Below, in pieces: positions 54,101-64,000 of a stretch of 64,000 nucleotides of DNA. The notes beneath the pieces were generated by a model that saw only the letters and a list, made by a program, of their open reading frames with translations, was not told the DNA's origin and ran no database searches. The stretch is from positions 34,224,001 to 34,288,000 of the forward strand of contig CM022665.1 of NCBI GenBank assembly GCA_012295275.1. Reading direction: 5' to 3'. The position numbers were made by a program, and so were the translations under genes. How positions within the stretch are numbered: the first letter of the stretch is position 1; each line of letters opens with the position of its first letter. The DNA is from Chrysomallon squamiferum. Its lineage: Eukaryota > Animalia > Mollusca.

Positions 54101-57100
54101 TTTGCCAAAGATCTCACAATTCAGGGGGCCATATCTCCCACACCACTGATCCGATTGGCCTAAAATTTCAGATTTGGTGCTGTGGGAACCCAGTCAACAA
54201 GCATACCAATCTAAAAATCTGAAACAGTTGGGTGATTTGACACAGAATGACCCTTTACAATTATATTATAATATTAATTAAAATTTAATTTCAGGCTGTA
54301 ATGTACATTTTCTTTTTCCTTTTTTTTTTTTAATAAAAATAAATAGACAAATAAACAAATAATTAAATAAATAATAATAATAATAATAATTAAAAAAATA
54401 TTTTATTTTGTAAGAAGTGCCAGATAGAAAACAAAATATTTTTTTGTCATGAGAATTTTTTTTTTTTTTTTTTTTTTTTTTTTCTTGTCAGTATGATGCT
54501 ACAGCTTCTGTTCCAAGCTAAGCTGAAGTTTCTCAAGTGTGGAGACAATCAGGGTCTGGGGATGTGTGACATGTATCAAATACGTGTCGACCTCCTCAAA
54601 ATACTTGTAGCTGCTAATTACAAAGATTTGCCTTCCATACAGCAATTAACAAAAGTAGACACAGTGAGGTGAGTTATCTCATTTATAGTTTGAAAATTTC
54701 TTAATTTTTAAAAACCAAGAATCCTAAAAACTTATTTGACTTCTGACAATTTGTGTATTAAAAATAGTTTTTTTATCATTTAATGAAAAAAAAAACATAA
54801 AAATAAAAAATAAATCACTTTAGCAATTAAAGTTTATACAGTTAGGTATCTTTTTATTTTTATTTATATATTTTTTTTTACATTAAAGGTTTTGGTTGAT
54901 TATTTAGAATACTTTATTATTGCTAAATTCTGTTGTTTTTATTTACAAAAATATAACAAATTAGATTTTTAGCTAAGCAATTTTTAAATTTCAGTTTGGC
55001 ATTTTCATGCCAAACAAGTAAAAAATAAATTAAGAATGCAATTTAGTTTTACAGTTTTACTGGATATTTTTTTCAAAATGTATCTTGTGTATATTGAAAC
55101 AGTTTCTTACTATAATAATATGTGGTGGCTGCAATAGAGAAAAAGCTGTTAAAAAAATAATAATAATAATTAAAAAATTCAAAAAAATTCATATTATTGA
55201 ACTGAAATTTCTATAAATTTCTATAAATGTTGTATACATATTGCATTATTTGTCTTGATCTGTGGATTGCTATATTATTAAAGATACTTTTTATTAAATC
55301 ACTGACTGAATAGATTAATATTTACTGACACACCAACATCACAGATCATATATATATATTTTGGCCCTTAGTGTTTGATGTTTTATTTCATATAAACATG
55401 TTGCCAAGCAAGATATTTATTTATTTATTTGTTTGTTTATTTGTTTATTTATTTATTATAATAATGATGCAAAAAAAATGAAAAATACACTTTAGCTAAC
55501 ATATTTTACAAATGTTTACAGACGTTTGAGAGACAAGTTGATAGAGAATGAGAGATTATCTCTGGCTATGGAAGTCTCAACAAAGTGTGGACTAGACCCA
55601 GCTGGTGTGTGGGCTTCATGGGGTATGGCGTGTTTTCTCCGTGGAGATTACACTGGAGCCAGGGAAAAATTCAGTCACTGTCTGAAGGTTAGCTTTATTA
55701 TTTATACTTGATAGTTTATGTAAAATCAAAGAAAAATATTGAAAAGTATATGTCTGTGTATGCAGTTGCATACTATGCAAATTTGTGTTAATGTGCATAC
55801 ATAGGTATTTTACCTAACTTCAAATGAATTAACAGCTTCCTCATTTTTTGTTCTTTGTTAGTTCCTGTTCAGTAATATAAACAGAAGATGTCCAGTTACT
55901 TTTTAGATCATTTTATATAATAAACTGAATTGTACATGCCAATTTATATATTGTGTAGATTTAATTACTAGTAACTTTGTTTTATCTAATTTTTGGTATC
56001 TGTTACAAAGATTAAAAATTGTTACTTTTTCGTTAATATATAATGTTAATAAACTATTATTTTACTCTTTTTTTTGTTCTTTTTTTTTGACATTTAAAGT
56101 TTTTAAACAACTAAACTAAAAATGTGCTATTTTTTTTTTTTTTGGTAGGTTCCAAAGGATTGCAATCAGTCAGCTACATCTCACTTGTTGTCAGAAATAG
56201 TCGATTACCTTGAACACATGCCTAGTTCAGGCATGACTGAGGTACTTGTAACAATTTGTAAATGTTTTATGTCTTCCATTAACATTTCAGTCAGTGTCAT
56301 CACAACTGGTTTAACCAAGAATTCATTTCTTTTATGTGGGAATACAGGTGTTAAGCAATAAAAGTAGTCCATAGCTAATTGCAGCAGGCTTCCTTTCACT
56401 TACAATTATACAAAAAAACCTCCAAAAAAATGTTTAATACTCAGTAATTAAAAAAATAAAATGTAATTGGGGCTTTAATAAATAAGTATTCTTTGCAACA
56501 GTTAAAAAAGATAAATTATAGAAGTGGAATAAATTAACATGTTAATAGTAATACTTAGATATATATATATATATTATGATAAAGCCACTGCTTTCTTTGA
56601 GTTTCTCCTTTAATAATTTTTGTTGGTAATTTCTAGCATTAATCTTTTTTTCATCAATTTTTTAAAATATTTCTGTTTCAGATTCAGATGTTTCAAACCA
56701 ATCAAGGATCACTGAAAAATATTGTCAACTTTCCTACAGCTGTAAGGGTACATTTTTGTTTGCTATAAACATTCTTCCTAAAAAGTAAATAATCTTGAAA
56801 GTTTAGTATGCCAAAAAGAGGAAAACAAATAGTTTTATCTTTTAACAACAGCAGTTACATTTTTCTAAGATAGTATATATAGTTTATACTTTTTAAATTT
56901 TAATGAAGTTCAGAGATATAAATACAACTAAAATCTACATTAATAACAAATGTTTAATGGGCAGTTCTAGTTTAATTATCAACTTAGTAATCTTTACAAA
57001 CATTTACTATATCAAGCACATTCTTTATCTTCATTAATATGTTGTTTTAACAGAACAGTTCAGTTCCACTGATGTATTAATTTATGAATTTCAGAACAAT

Positions 57101-60100
57101 ACTGATCGAATAGGAATTGACACAACACCTTTCCAGGAATGCCTCTTTTATCTTAGATCTTATGGCACCTACAGAGACCATCTTGGATTTTTACAACGTA
57201 ATGGATATTGGATGAAAGCAGCTAAATTCATTTTAGACCATGTAAGTTTATTTATTAAACTTATTTCTGATTTTCTAAATAAATAAAATAAAAAGCCTTT
57301 ACAGTTAGAATGAATTCAGGATCCAAATAACATATTGTCATTATTAATAATAAAGGATTTTTAAAAAACTTTTATTTTGTTTGAAAAGTGTTATAAATAT
57401 TTTTACAATGGCAAACACACAGTTACTAATTATATTATAAAAATAACCTAAAATTATCTTTAAAAAAATATTCTCTGGTTATTTTATAACTGAATTAAAT
57501 AATATCAGTTAAATATTGACTTCAGCTGTAGTTTCTAGATTAAATTAAGTTTCATTATAAAGAAGACTAGTCACAAATAGGAAGGTACAAGCTGGTTATA
57601 AATTGAATCCTGATATGATATCAATTAAAATAATCATTTTATGGTTAAAAATAATGTCTATATAATTTTTTTTTTTTTTTTTTTCTGACAGAAATGCTCC
57701 AGTGAGGTGTTTATTGAAAGTCTACTGGAGCCAGCCTTGTTGTCAGGGGAACTGAGCAAATTGCTAGATCAGATGTTGATGTTGGATACATCATTAGAAA
57801 AATGGAACATTTATCTGACTGCCACTTGTCGATATCTTGTCAAGCAACATTTATTTAATTCTCTCTATCAGGTTCAGCTCTTTATGAAGGCAAGTTAATA
57901 ATAAACATTCATAAACAAAAAGTCTCCTGTTGTGTTTGTATGAGTGTAATAATTTTGTATTCATGTTATAATTATGCATTTTAGAATAATTCATAATTTT
58001 ATTAAATTAATGTGGAAATTTATGATAATTTGAGATTCATTCAATTTAATTTGTTTCTGGAGGAATCCAGGATTTTAATATTTTAATATATATATATATA
58101 TATTTTTTGTTTTTGTTTTTTTGTTGTTATACTAATAAAATAATTAAATTTTTTGCTTCTAATATTTTAGGATATTATTTTTTATTTTGTTTTAATAATT
58201 AAGTATTTTAGTTAGCTATTTTTTAATTATTCAGGATTTTATTCGAGCTGCTATGACTTGTATCTCTCACTTTTACCAACATCGAGCTCAAAGTTACAGA
58301 GACCTTGCTGGCCGTATCCACTACCTGTTTACAGCTCAGCAGCACATGCAGTCATATCTTGACCCATCTAAATGGGGCAGCGTCCATCATCCAACCAGTA
58401 GTCCAATGGTCAAGAAAGGACCAGACTGGGGTCAGACATCCACTGCAGAATCAGCTGTGAGGACAATACTGACACCAGAGGAAGTGGCCAAGTAAATATT
58501 ACTGTAGAAAATTAAATTTTGAAACTAACTGAAATTAAAATAATTAAATGATAAAATAAAATAAAATAATAAATTAATAAAAAAAACAATTGGTATACAT
58601 AAAAAGAACATGAATATTAGTACTATTACTTTTGTTTAGGTAACTTTAGATAAATAATATTATACTATACATGTATTTTAATATATGTGCACAAGTTTTT
58701 ATTTTTCAAAGCTGTAAGAATGAAAATATATTCAAAATCATTAGCTTATCAGTCAAAATTCTTCCTGCACAGTTTCCTACATTTTTATGCCATTGATATT
58801 TTGTACAGTATATGCAGTGTATCTTTTCAGCCTTTTTTTTCTCCAACTGATGCATTAAACATATTTGTATTCTGTTTTCAGATACATGCATACCATAGCT
58901 CTACAGATTGAAGTGACTAATTTTCTGGACCAGTGTTTGGCAAACATGGAAGGGGAGGCAACTGCTCTAGCTGCCAGTTGTACAGCCGAATCCCAGACAT
59001 CTGATCTGCCATCTTTATTTGGCAGCACCAAAGTCAAAACAGACTTAGTCTGCATGGTTAGTACTAAACACAGTGTACTGAATAACATTTTTAAAATCCA
59101 GCCAAACAAATAAAACCTTTATGTCATAACTAACTTTTCCAGCAATTTTTATTTTTTTAAATATTTTGTTTTTATTTTCTTTCTATAGGCTTGCTGATGT
59201 TATTTTCTGGAAAATAAGAATTGTACAGACTGTTGCACAAAATTATAAATCTTTCTGGAAAAAACATCAGTTATAATATTCTTACTTGGTACATTTTTCT
59301 TTCAGATTCTTCTAAGTGGAAATGATATTAAAGTTAGCTTTGACTTGTCTTACAGGATTATAAAGGTAACAGTACCAAGGGCAGATCACAATATCAGAAA
59401 AGTAGGGTTAACATTTGTGTGATGGACATTATCTTAAAAATGAAATGTCTTACAATAAAGAAACGAAAAAACTGGAAAAAATAAATGACGCTCATCAGAT
59501 GTTTCTCAGTAAAACTAACTGAAGAATATGATGTACATATACAGTGGTACCTTCACTTACAAGTGCCCCAACTTATGAGTGTTTCAAGTTACAAACAGTC
59601 GATTTTTTGCTTTCAGTTGTGAGGAAAAATCCGAGTTTTGAGTGAGCTTCAGATATGCTACCGCTAGTTGGCACAATGAACAGTATGACATCCGGCCAGC
59701 ATCCTGCATCTCACTCATTTACTTCACGTGGTTACCTCACTGCGGAAGCATCTCTGTTGAGTTGTGCTTGCGTTTTGAGCAGTATTTTGCCAAATTTCTT
59801 TTTTCTGGCCATGGATCCTAAGCAAGTGAGGCAAAGGACAGTGCTGAGAAGAAGAAGCGGATGATGTCCATTGAATTAAAGCATGAAATCACAAAAAAAC
59901 ATAAGTGAAGTGTGCATGTAGTCAACTTGGCTAGGTAGTACAAGCGTAGTACTTCTATGAAATGTACCATATTAAAGCAGAAGGAGTCAATAAAGGCTGT
60001 AACTCCAGCCAAATGTGTTAAAATAATTTGTCTGATCTCCAGATAAATACACTTTACAAAACCAATTTATTTCTTTACATTCTCTTTTATTTCGTTTTTA

Positions 60101-61816
60101 TGCAATATTTTCATTTATAAATACATTTTTCTTATTTAAAAACACATTACAAAAAAAAAGATAATAGTAATAAAAAAAAAAATGGGGTGGTTTTGGGGGG
60201 GCTGGAACAGATTAATGGTATTTCAGTTAATTTCAGTTGATTTGATATACGAGCAAATTGAGTTACGAGCTTGGTCATGGAACGAATTAAACTTGTAAGT
60301 CAAGGTACCACTGTATATCAGTATTTGATAAATACTTGATTCTGGGTGTCTCCAATATAAATTATATATTAAAATCTTTTCTAAATAAATTTATTTGTAT
60401 TTCAAGATATTATAACAATAAGAAGATGAACAAATAAATCTCCTGTTACTACATGAATATGGTTGTAGATTTGTTTGAATACTATTAAAATAAAATCTTA
60501 TTATGTTGCAATAACTAGAGTGCAAAAAAAAAAAAAAAAAACTTCGTTACATGCAAATATGAATTAACAAACAGCAGTGTAATTAAAGATAAAGAAGATG
60601 TGTAAAACAAATGAAACCTTGTTAGAACGGTTTTATCAGAATTAGCACTATTGTGAGATGCATTATAGAGACTAGATTTTACATCGAGACTGATTTTATT
60701 GTGAGGTGTATCAAGTCAAGCTTATACTGTAATAAAAATAATTATGCTGAGATGAAGTTTTGTGATAATTTCAGGAATGTCACTTAAGGGCGACATCAAT
60801 TTTGAGTCACACAGCACGAGAGATGGCAAAACATCAGCGTTATGGACTCATCAAACAGCTGCTTGACTGTGTTTCTAAAACAAATGTAGGAACTGAAGAC
60901 ATGAATGACGAGATCATTGGAGCCTCGTTGTTAGCCATTGTTGATAAAGACAGTGAGGTAAAACGTTTATACTGTAAAATTTTGGAATGACAGAGTCAGG
61001 GAAGAAAGCCAATGCCAGATACCAATATGAATTTTAAAAAGTTATTTCTTAATACAGTTACTGTGGCCTCAATGGAGTGTACATCAGTTATTAGACAATA
61101 TTATTCTCTGTTAACACTTGTTAAACAGAGCCTCTAAAAATTTCCATAGTATAGGAGTTCACTGCATCTAATATCATGTAAATTATTATTAAATGTAATA
61201 TTCATTTCTTTATTTTTATACAGCTCTTTACACTGTGTTTCAGTAAAAAAAATTGAATTTCATATACAACGTAATCACTTTTTGTTGTATTTACCTTTGG
61301 TTTGACACACAGTAGCCGATGTGTATTTTGTTCATTCATTCATTCATTCGTTACTTCATTTCTTCAGAAGTATTTTTTTTTTATTATTATTATTTTTATT
61401 CCCAGGCCAAAGAAGCTGAAAACCTTATAAAGTTGCTGAAAAAGGATTCAAACAAGGTATTTTATCTCTTTCCTCTGCTACATCATTTTGTTTTTTAAAA
61501 TATATGTGTACAAACTATTTATAACTGGTAATAATTATAGCAAATAACTAATAAATTATAATGAAAAGAGAAATTCTAATAAAAATATACAAATACAAGA
61601 ATTTAAAAAAATCAAATATGTATTAAAATGTGAATTAAATTCTGATATTAACAGATCAATGCTTACATACTGTGTGGAAAACTCAGGTCAGCCTATCTGC
61701 TGGCAGTGAAAGGGGAGAGAACTGAGGATGTGGAAAGAATTGCTGGTGCTGCACAAAGAATGGAACAGTCAGCTGTATGGAACATTTGCAAAAAATGGTT
61801 ACAACAGAAAAAATAA
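27562..61816 (+). CDS. ZFYVE26: Zinc finger FYVE domain-containing protein 26 (spastizin/SPG15), ~44 exons, ~3100 aa
   Basis: N-terminus LYKFFCNSIRLGQWESARAC; LHPLRYRVEIMENLFSLLF; FYVE domain (WVPD..CMVC..FSMFNRRHHCRQCGRVVCAACS..RICDDCY in exons 50941-51125 and 51591-51721); REEFYYEQAPSVSLC; LRDKLIENERLSLAMEVSTKCGLD; last exon 61655-61816 INAYILCGKLRSAYLLAVK..TAA. Exon phases chain consistently. Confidence 0.96.
28381..28479. repeat. Palindromic microsatellite (TAAA)15 followed by (TTTA)9
   Basis: Directly visible; ends just before the exon 2 acceptor (ttacag at 28481-28486). Confidence 0.95.
30656..31464. mobile_element. Non-autonomous Tc1/mariner-superfamily element (Tc2/pogo-type TIRs) in a ZFYVE26 intron
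   Basis: TA|ccgtatatacttgtgtataagtcga ... tcgccttgtacacaagtatatacgg|TA, with internal repeats of tcgacttatac at ~30718, ~31367 and ~31423. Confidence 0.9.
37217..37280 (+). mobile_element. Possible SINE fragment (Meta-domain-like core); related-looking fragments at ~56335-56400 and ~61290-61350
   Basis: gtgcacataaaagatccctt resembles the MetaSINE core as I recall it. The 61290-61350 fragment ends in a (CATT)n tail. All are short and degenerate. Confidence 0.35.
41038..41213 (+). repeat. 5' LTR (176 bp)
   Basis: tgttttatctaaatgg...aaaacataaca aligns to the 3' LTR. Confidence 0.95.
41216..41233 (+). other. Primer binding site complementary to the 3' end of tRNA-Ser(GCT)
   Basis: TGGTGACGAGGATGGGAT vs the expected TGGCGACGAGGATGGGAT from metazoan tRNA-Ser(GCT) (..AATCCCATCCTCGTCG-CCA); one CpG-type C>T change. 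Confidence 0.85.
41277..41977 (+). pseudogene. Gypsy gag with two CCHC zinc knuckles (frameshifted N-terminus)
   Basis: HLKPKPLVIAERFKFYQQKQEPGETISDFLAELRKL; CFRCGKTNHHPDAC; CYKCNETGHLSRKC. Confidence 0.92.
42233..45124 (+). pseudogene. Gypsy pol (protease, RT, RNase H, integrase) with stops and frameshifts
   Basis: EVDTGAS (PR); KLDLSHAYQQ..RLPFG..ILDDII (RT); LAVDASAHGLGAVIS (RH); WWP..CKCC, HVDFAGP, SDNGPQF, NGEAER, GPVTY..RHVDQLR (IN). Broken at ~42750, 43358 and ~43700. Confidence 0.96.
45472..45664 (+). repeat. 3' LTR (193 bp)
   Basis: tgttgtatctaaatgg...aaaacataaca, preceded by the PPT and followed by the TSD. Confidence 0.95.
52963..54253. mobile_element. Foldback / non-autonomous DNA element with ~420-430 bp inverted arms
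   Basis: 52963-53395 is the imperfect reverse complement of 53837-54253 (e.g. gaccaccaacctttgaaccctcatatctca vs tgagatatgagggttcaaaggttggtggtc). The spacer is ~440 bp. The right terminus reads GGGTCATTCTGTGTCAAATCACCCA on the minus strand. Superfamily uncertain (possibly Sola2). Confidence 0.88.
59542..60313 (+). mobile_element. Internally deleted Tigger (pogo) DNA transposon
   Basis: TA|cagtggtaccttcacttacaagt ... acttgtaagtcaaggtaccactg|TA. From 59811 a decayed CENP-B-type HTH reads MDPKQV..KDSAEKKKRMMSIELKHEI..CTILKQKESIKAVTPAK. Confidence 0.93.
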
Positions 61817-64000
61817 TTTCATAAACAAAATATTTATTCATTGTGTCTTATTTTTATATATTTTAAAAAAGCTGGTTTTATAGAGTTATTTTAATACTAC
61901 ACTTTTGATACAAGAATTATGTGGAAATGATACAACATAAAGTTGGACTGTTTAACATGAAGCTTGCCAAGTAATGGTGTTCAGTTTGTGAAAAAGTTTT
62001 CATGTAAATGTGAAGCTGCCATAAATCATTTTGGGGTATTAGGTTTGAAAGTAAATAGAACTTAATTTTACATCCAGAATGTATGTTGATTATATATTTA
62101 TGTCTTCCAAGTCAGTGATTGGTGATGTATCATGTACAGAATTAGATTTAATAATTACCTAAACATTATTCTGTTAAAACCTGTCAAAATAGGGTCTCTG
62201 AAGTTTCCTTAGCTTTTGGCCACATTCCATCTAAACTGGCCCTAATTATTTTTTATAGATATGCATAAAATATAACAAATATGTATAATTGTAAAACAAA
62301 GAAGATGTAGTTATATTACAAAAGAAATTATGAAGGTATTTTTTAAAATCTTATTTGTGAACAAATTGAAATTATCACTCAAAAAAATCAAATACAAAAG
62401 AAAAAACCTTTTTAAATGTATTCCAGCAATTACATAAATTCATAATATGACATAAATGTATTTTTTTAGTTATTGTACTTATATGTAATTGATTGATTTT
62501 ATATCAACCATCTTTATAATCTTTTAATTATTGTAGTTCCATATCACATATATAACGTACATTTCCAAGAGGAGAAAAAAAAGACCCCCAGAAACCCTAT
62601 GAAGTAAAAAAATGTAATTTATGGCATTATATTCAATATTAAATAACATAGCTATCCAAAATATATTTTTCTGTGGTTTTTCATTAATTTTATTATTAAT
62701 TTTTACTATATTTTTTTTTGTTTTAAGTTACTGAAGCACATATTGTAACTTAATTAAAATTGTGTGTGAATATTTTCAGGAAGTAAACATATATGAAATG
62801 TTAAAAGTTCTTGTTTAAAAATTCCGTTACTATTCAATTCTTTATATTATTTATTTAGATGTTTTAGTTACTTTAAGAAAGTTATGGTTGTATAAAGTTA
62901 TTTTGAAAACTTTCATAAGGCAGTAACATATTTTGCAGTCTAGATCAAGAATATCAAGATTGAATTTACATAAAAAAGTAATAAAAGTTCATATATATAT
63001 CTCATTTTCTATTTACTAAAGAAATATTTTATTTTTATAATGCATATTGTTTAGTTTTGAAAACACCTTTATTTTTTAAATTAACTTATCTATTAATACC
63101 TTAAAGTGCATCTATTTTCAGGTTTTATTTTCTTGTTATATTTTAAATTTAATAATTACAAATCCCTTTGAAATATACACTGGTTTTATTATTAAGAGAA
63201 AATTATTAAAAGAAATAAATAAATACATCTAATTTTTCATTTTATTTATGCCTTTTAGTGCACAAATATTCCCTGTAGTTGCAGTTTACAGAAATGTAAA
63301 TTAGATAATTGGTTCTGAAGTTCATAAATGCCATCAAATTATAACTAATTTCAAAATAAAAAATGTTATGCAAAGAATGTATAGTTTGACATACAAGGAA
63401 AATTACTAATAAATAAATGCAGTAATTTGTTTTGTATCAAGAATACACTTTATCTTATAACTTTATCATAAATAAATTTCATGTATGTACAAATTTCATT
63501 TAAGATATTATTTGATTTTATTGAGACATTTTCCTTGTTTTGTTGCTAGAGAATTCTAATAATTTTTTTTAATACTTAATTCCATCAATTTCATTTTTTT
63601 TACGTATGCTGAAAGATTATGTGTCTGCTTAAATTTTTACTAAAAAATAATTAATATATTGCAGCTGAAAGCTAATTTCAAGAGGTGTATATTTAAAATG
63701 TCATTAAAAATACTTTAAATTATATTTTAATCAGTTACTTTTAAATCAGGCCTGAATAATTAACTTACCTGACATATTTATATAAAGCTGTCTTTAGCAT
63801 CAATATGTATATTATGTAATTTGAAATGTAAATTAATTGAAATGCATAAATTTAAAAACAATATTTATTAATATAAATAGTACTTTTTGTATATAAAAAT
63901 GTTCTGATTAAACCAATGCTCCAATTACAATTTAAGTGGCAGCTACATTTATAAAATATGCAAATTGTGTTTATTTCAAACATTAAATTAACATATTTTG

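Noticed and set aside
61817-64000. Additional gene downstream of ZFYVE26
   Set aside because: AT-rich with no ORFs or recognisable exons; consistent with 3' UTR or intergenic DNA.

Overview
AT-rich, intron-rich animal genomic DNA; repeat content and CpG pattern suggest an invertebrate, probably a mollusc (inference). Exons were reconstructed by hand, with boundaries accurate to a few bp. (1) 1-16670 is a near-identical tandem duplication of a ~8.5 kb unit. Each unit carries the last five exons of a minus-strand LRRC74-like gene, a decayed FLYWCH-MULE transposon and the last three exons of a plus-strand SLC25A45-like mitochondrial carrier. (2) A complete 14-exon LRRC74A-like gene (9177-21106, minus, ~477 aa) holds the carrier exons in its intron 9. 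(3) MRPL4 (21437-26313, plus, 10 exons, 311 aa) lies head-to-head with LRRC74 across 330 bp. (4) ZFYVE26/spastizin (27562-61816, plus, ~44 exons, ~3100 aa) appears to contain an in-frame DUF547-like domain. Its introns hold a full-length decayed Mag-clade Gypsy element (LTRs, TSD, tRNA-Ser PBS), a Tc2/pogo-type MITE, a Tigger derivative and a 1.3 kb foldback element abutting a splice donor. The most notable points are the DUF547-like insert in spastizin, the interleaved antisense gene pair inside the duplication (real or an assembly artefact), and one-sided CpG loss between the two LTRs. No CRISPR, rRNA or tRNA genes were seen.
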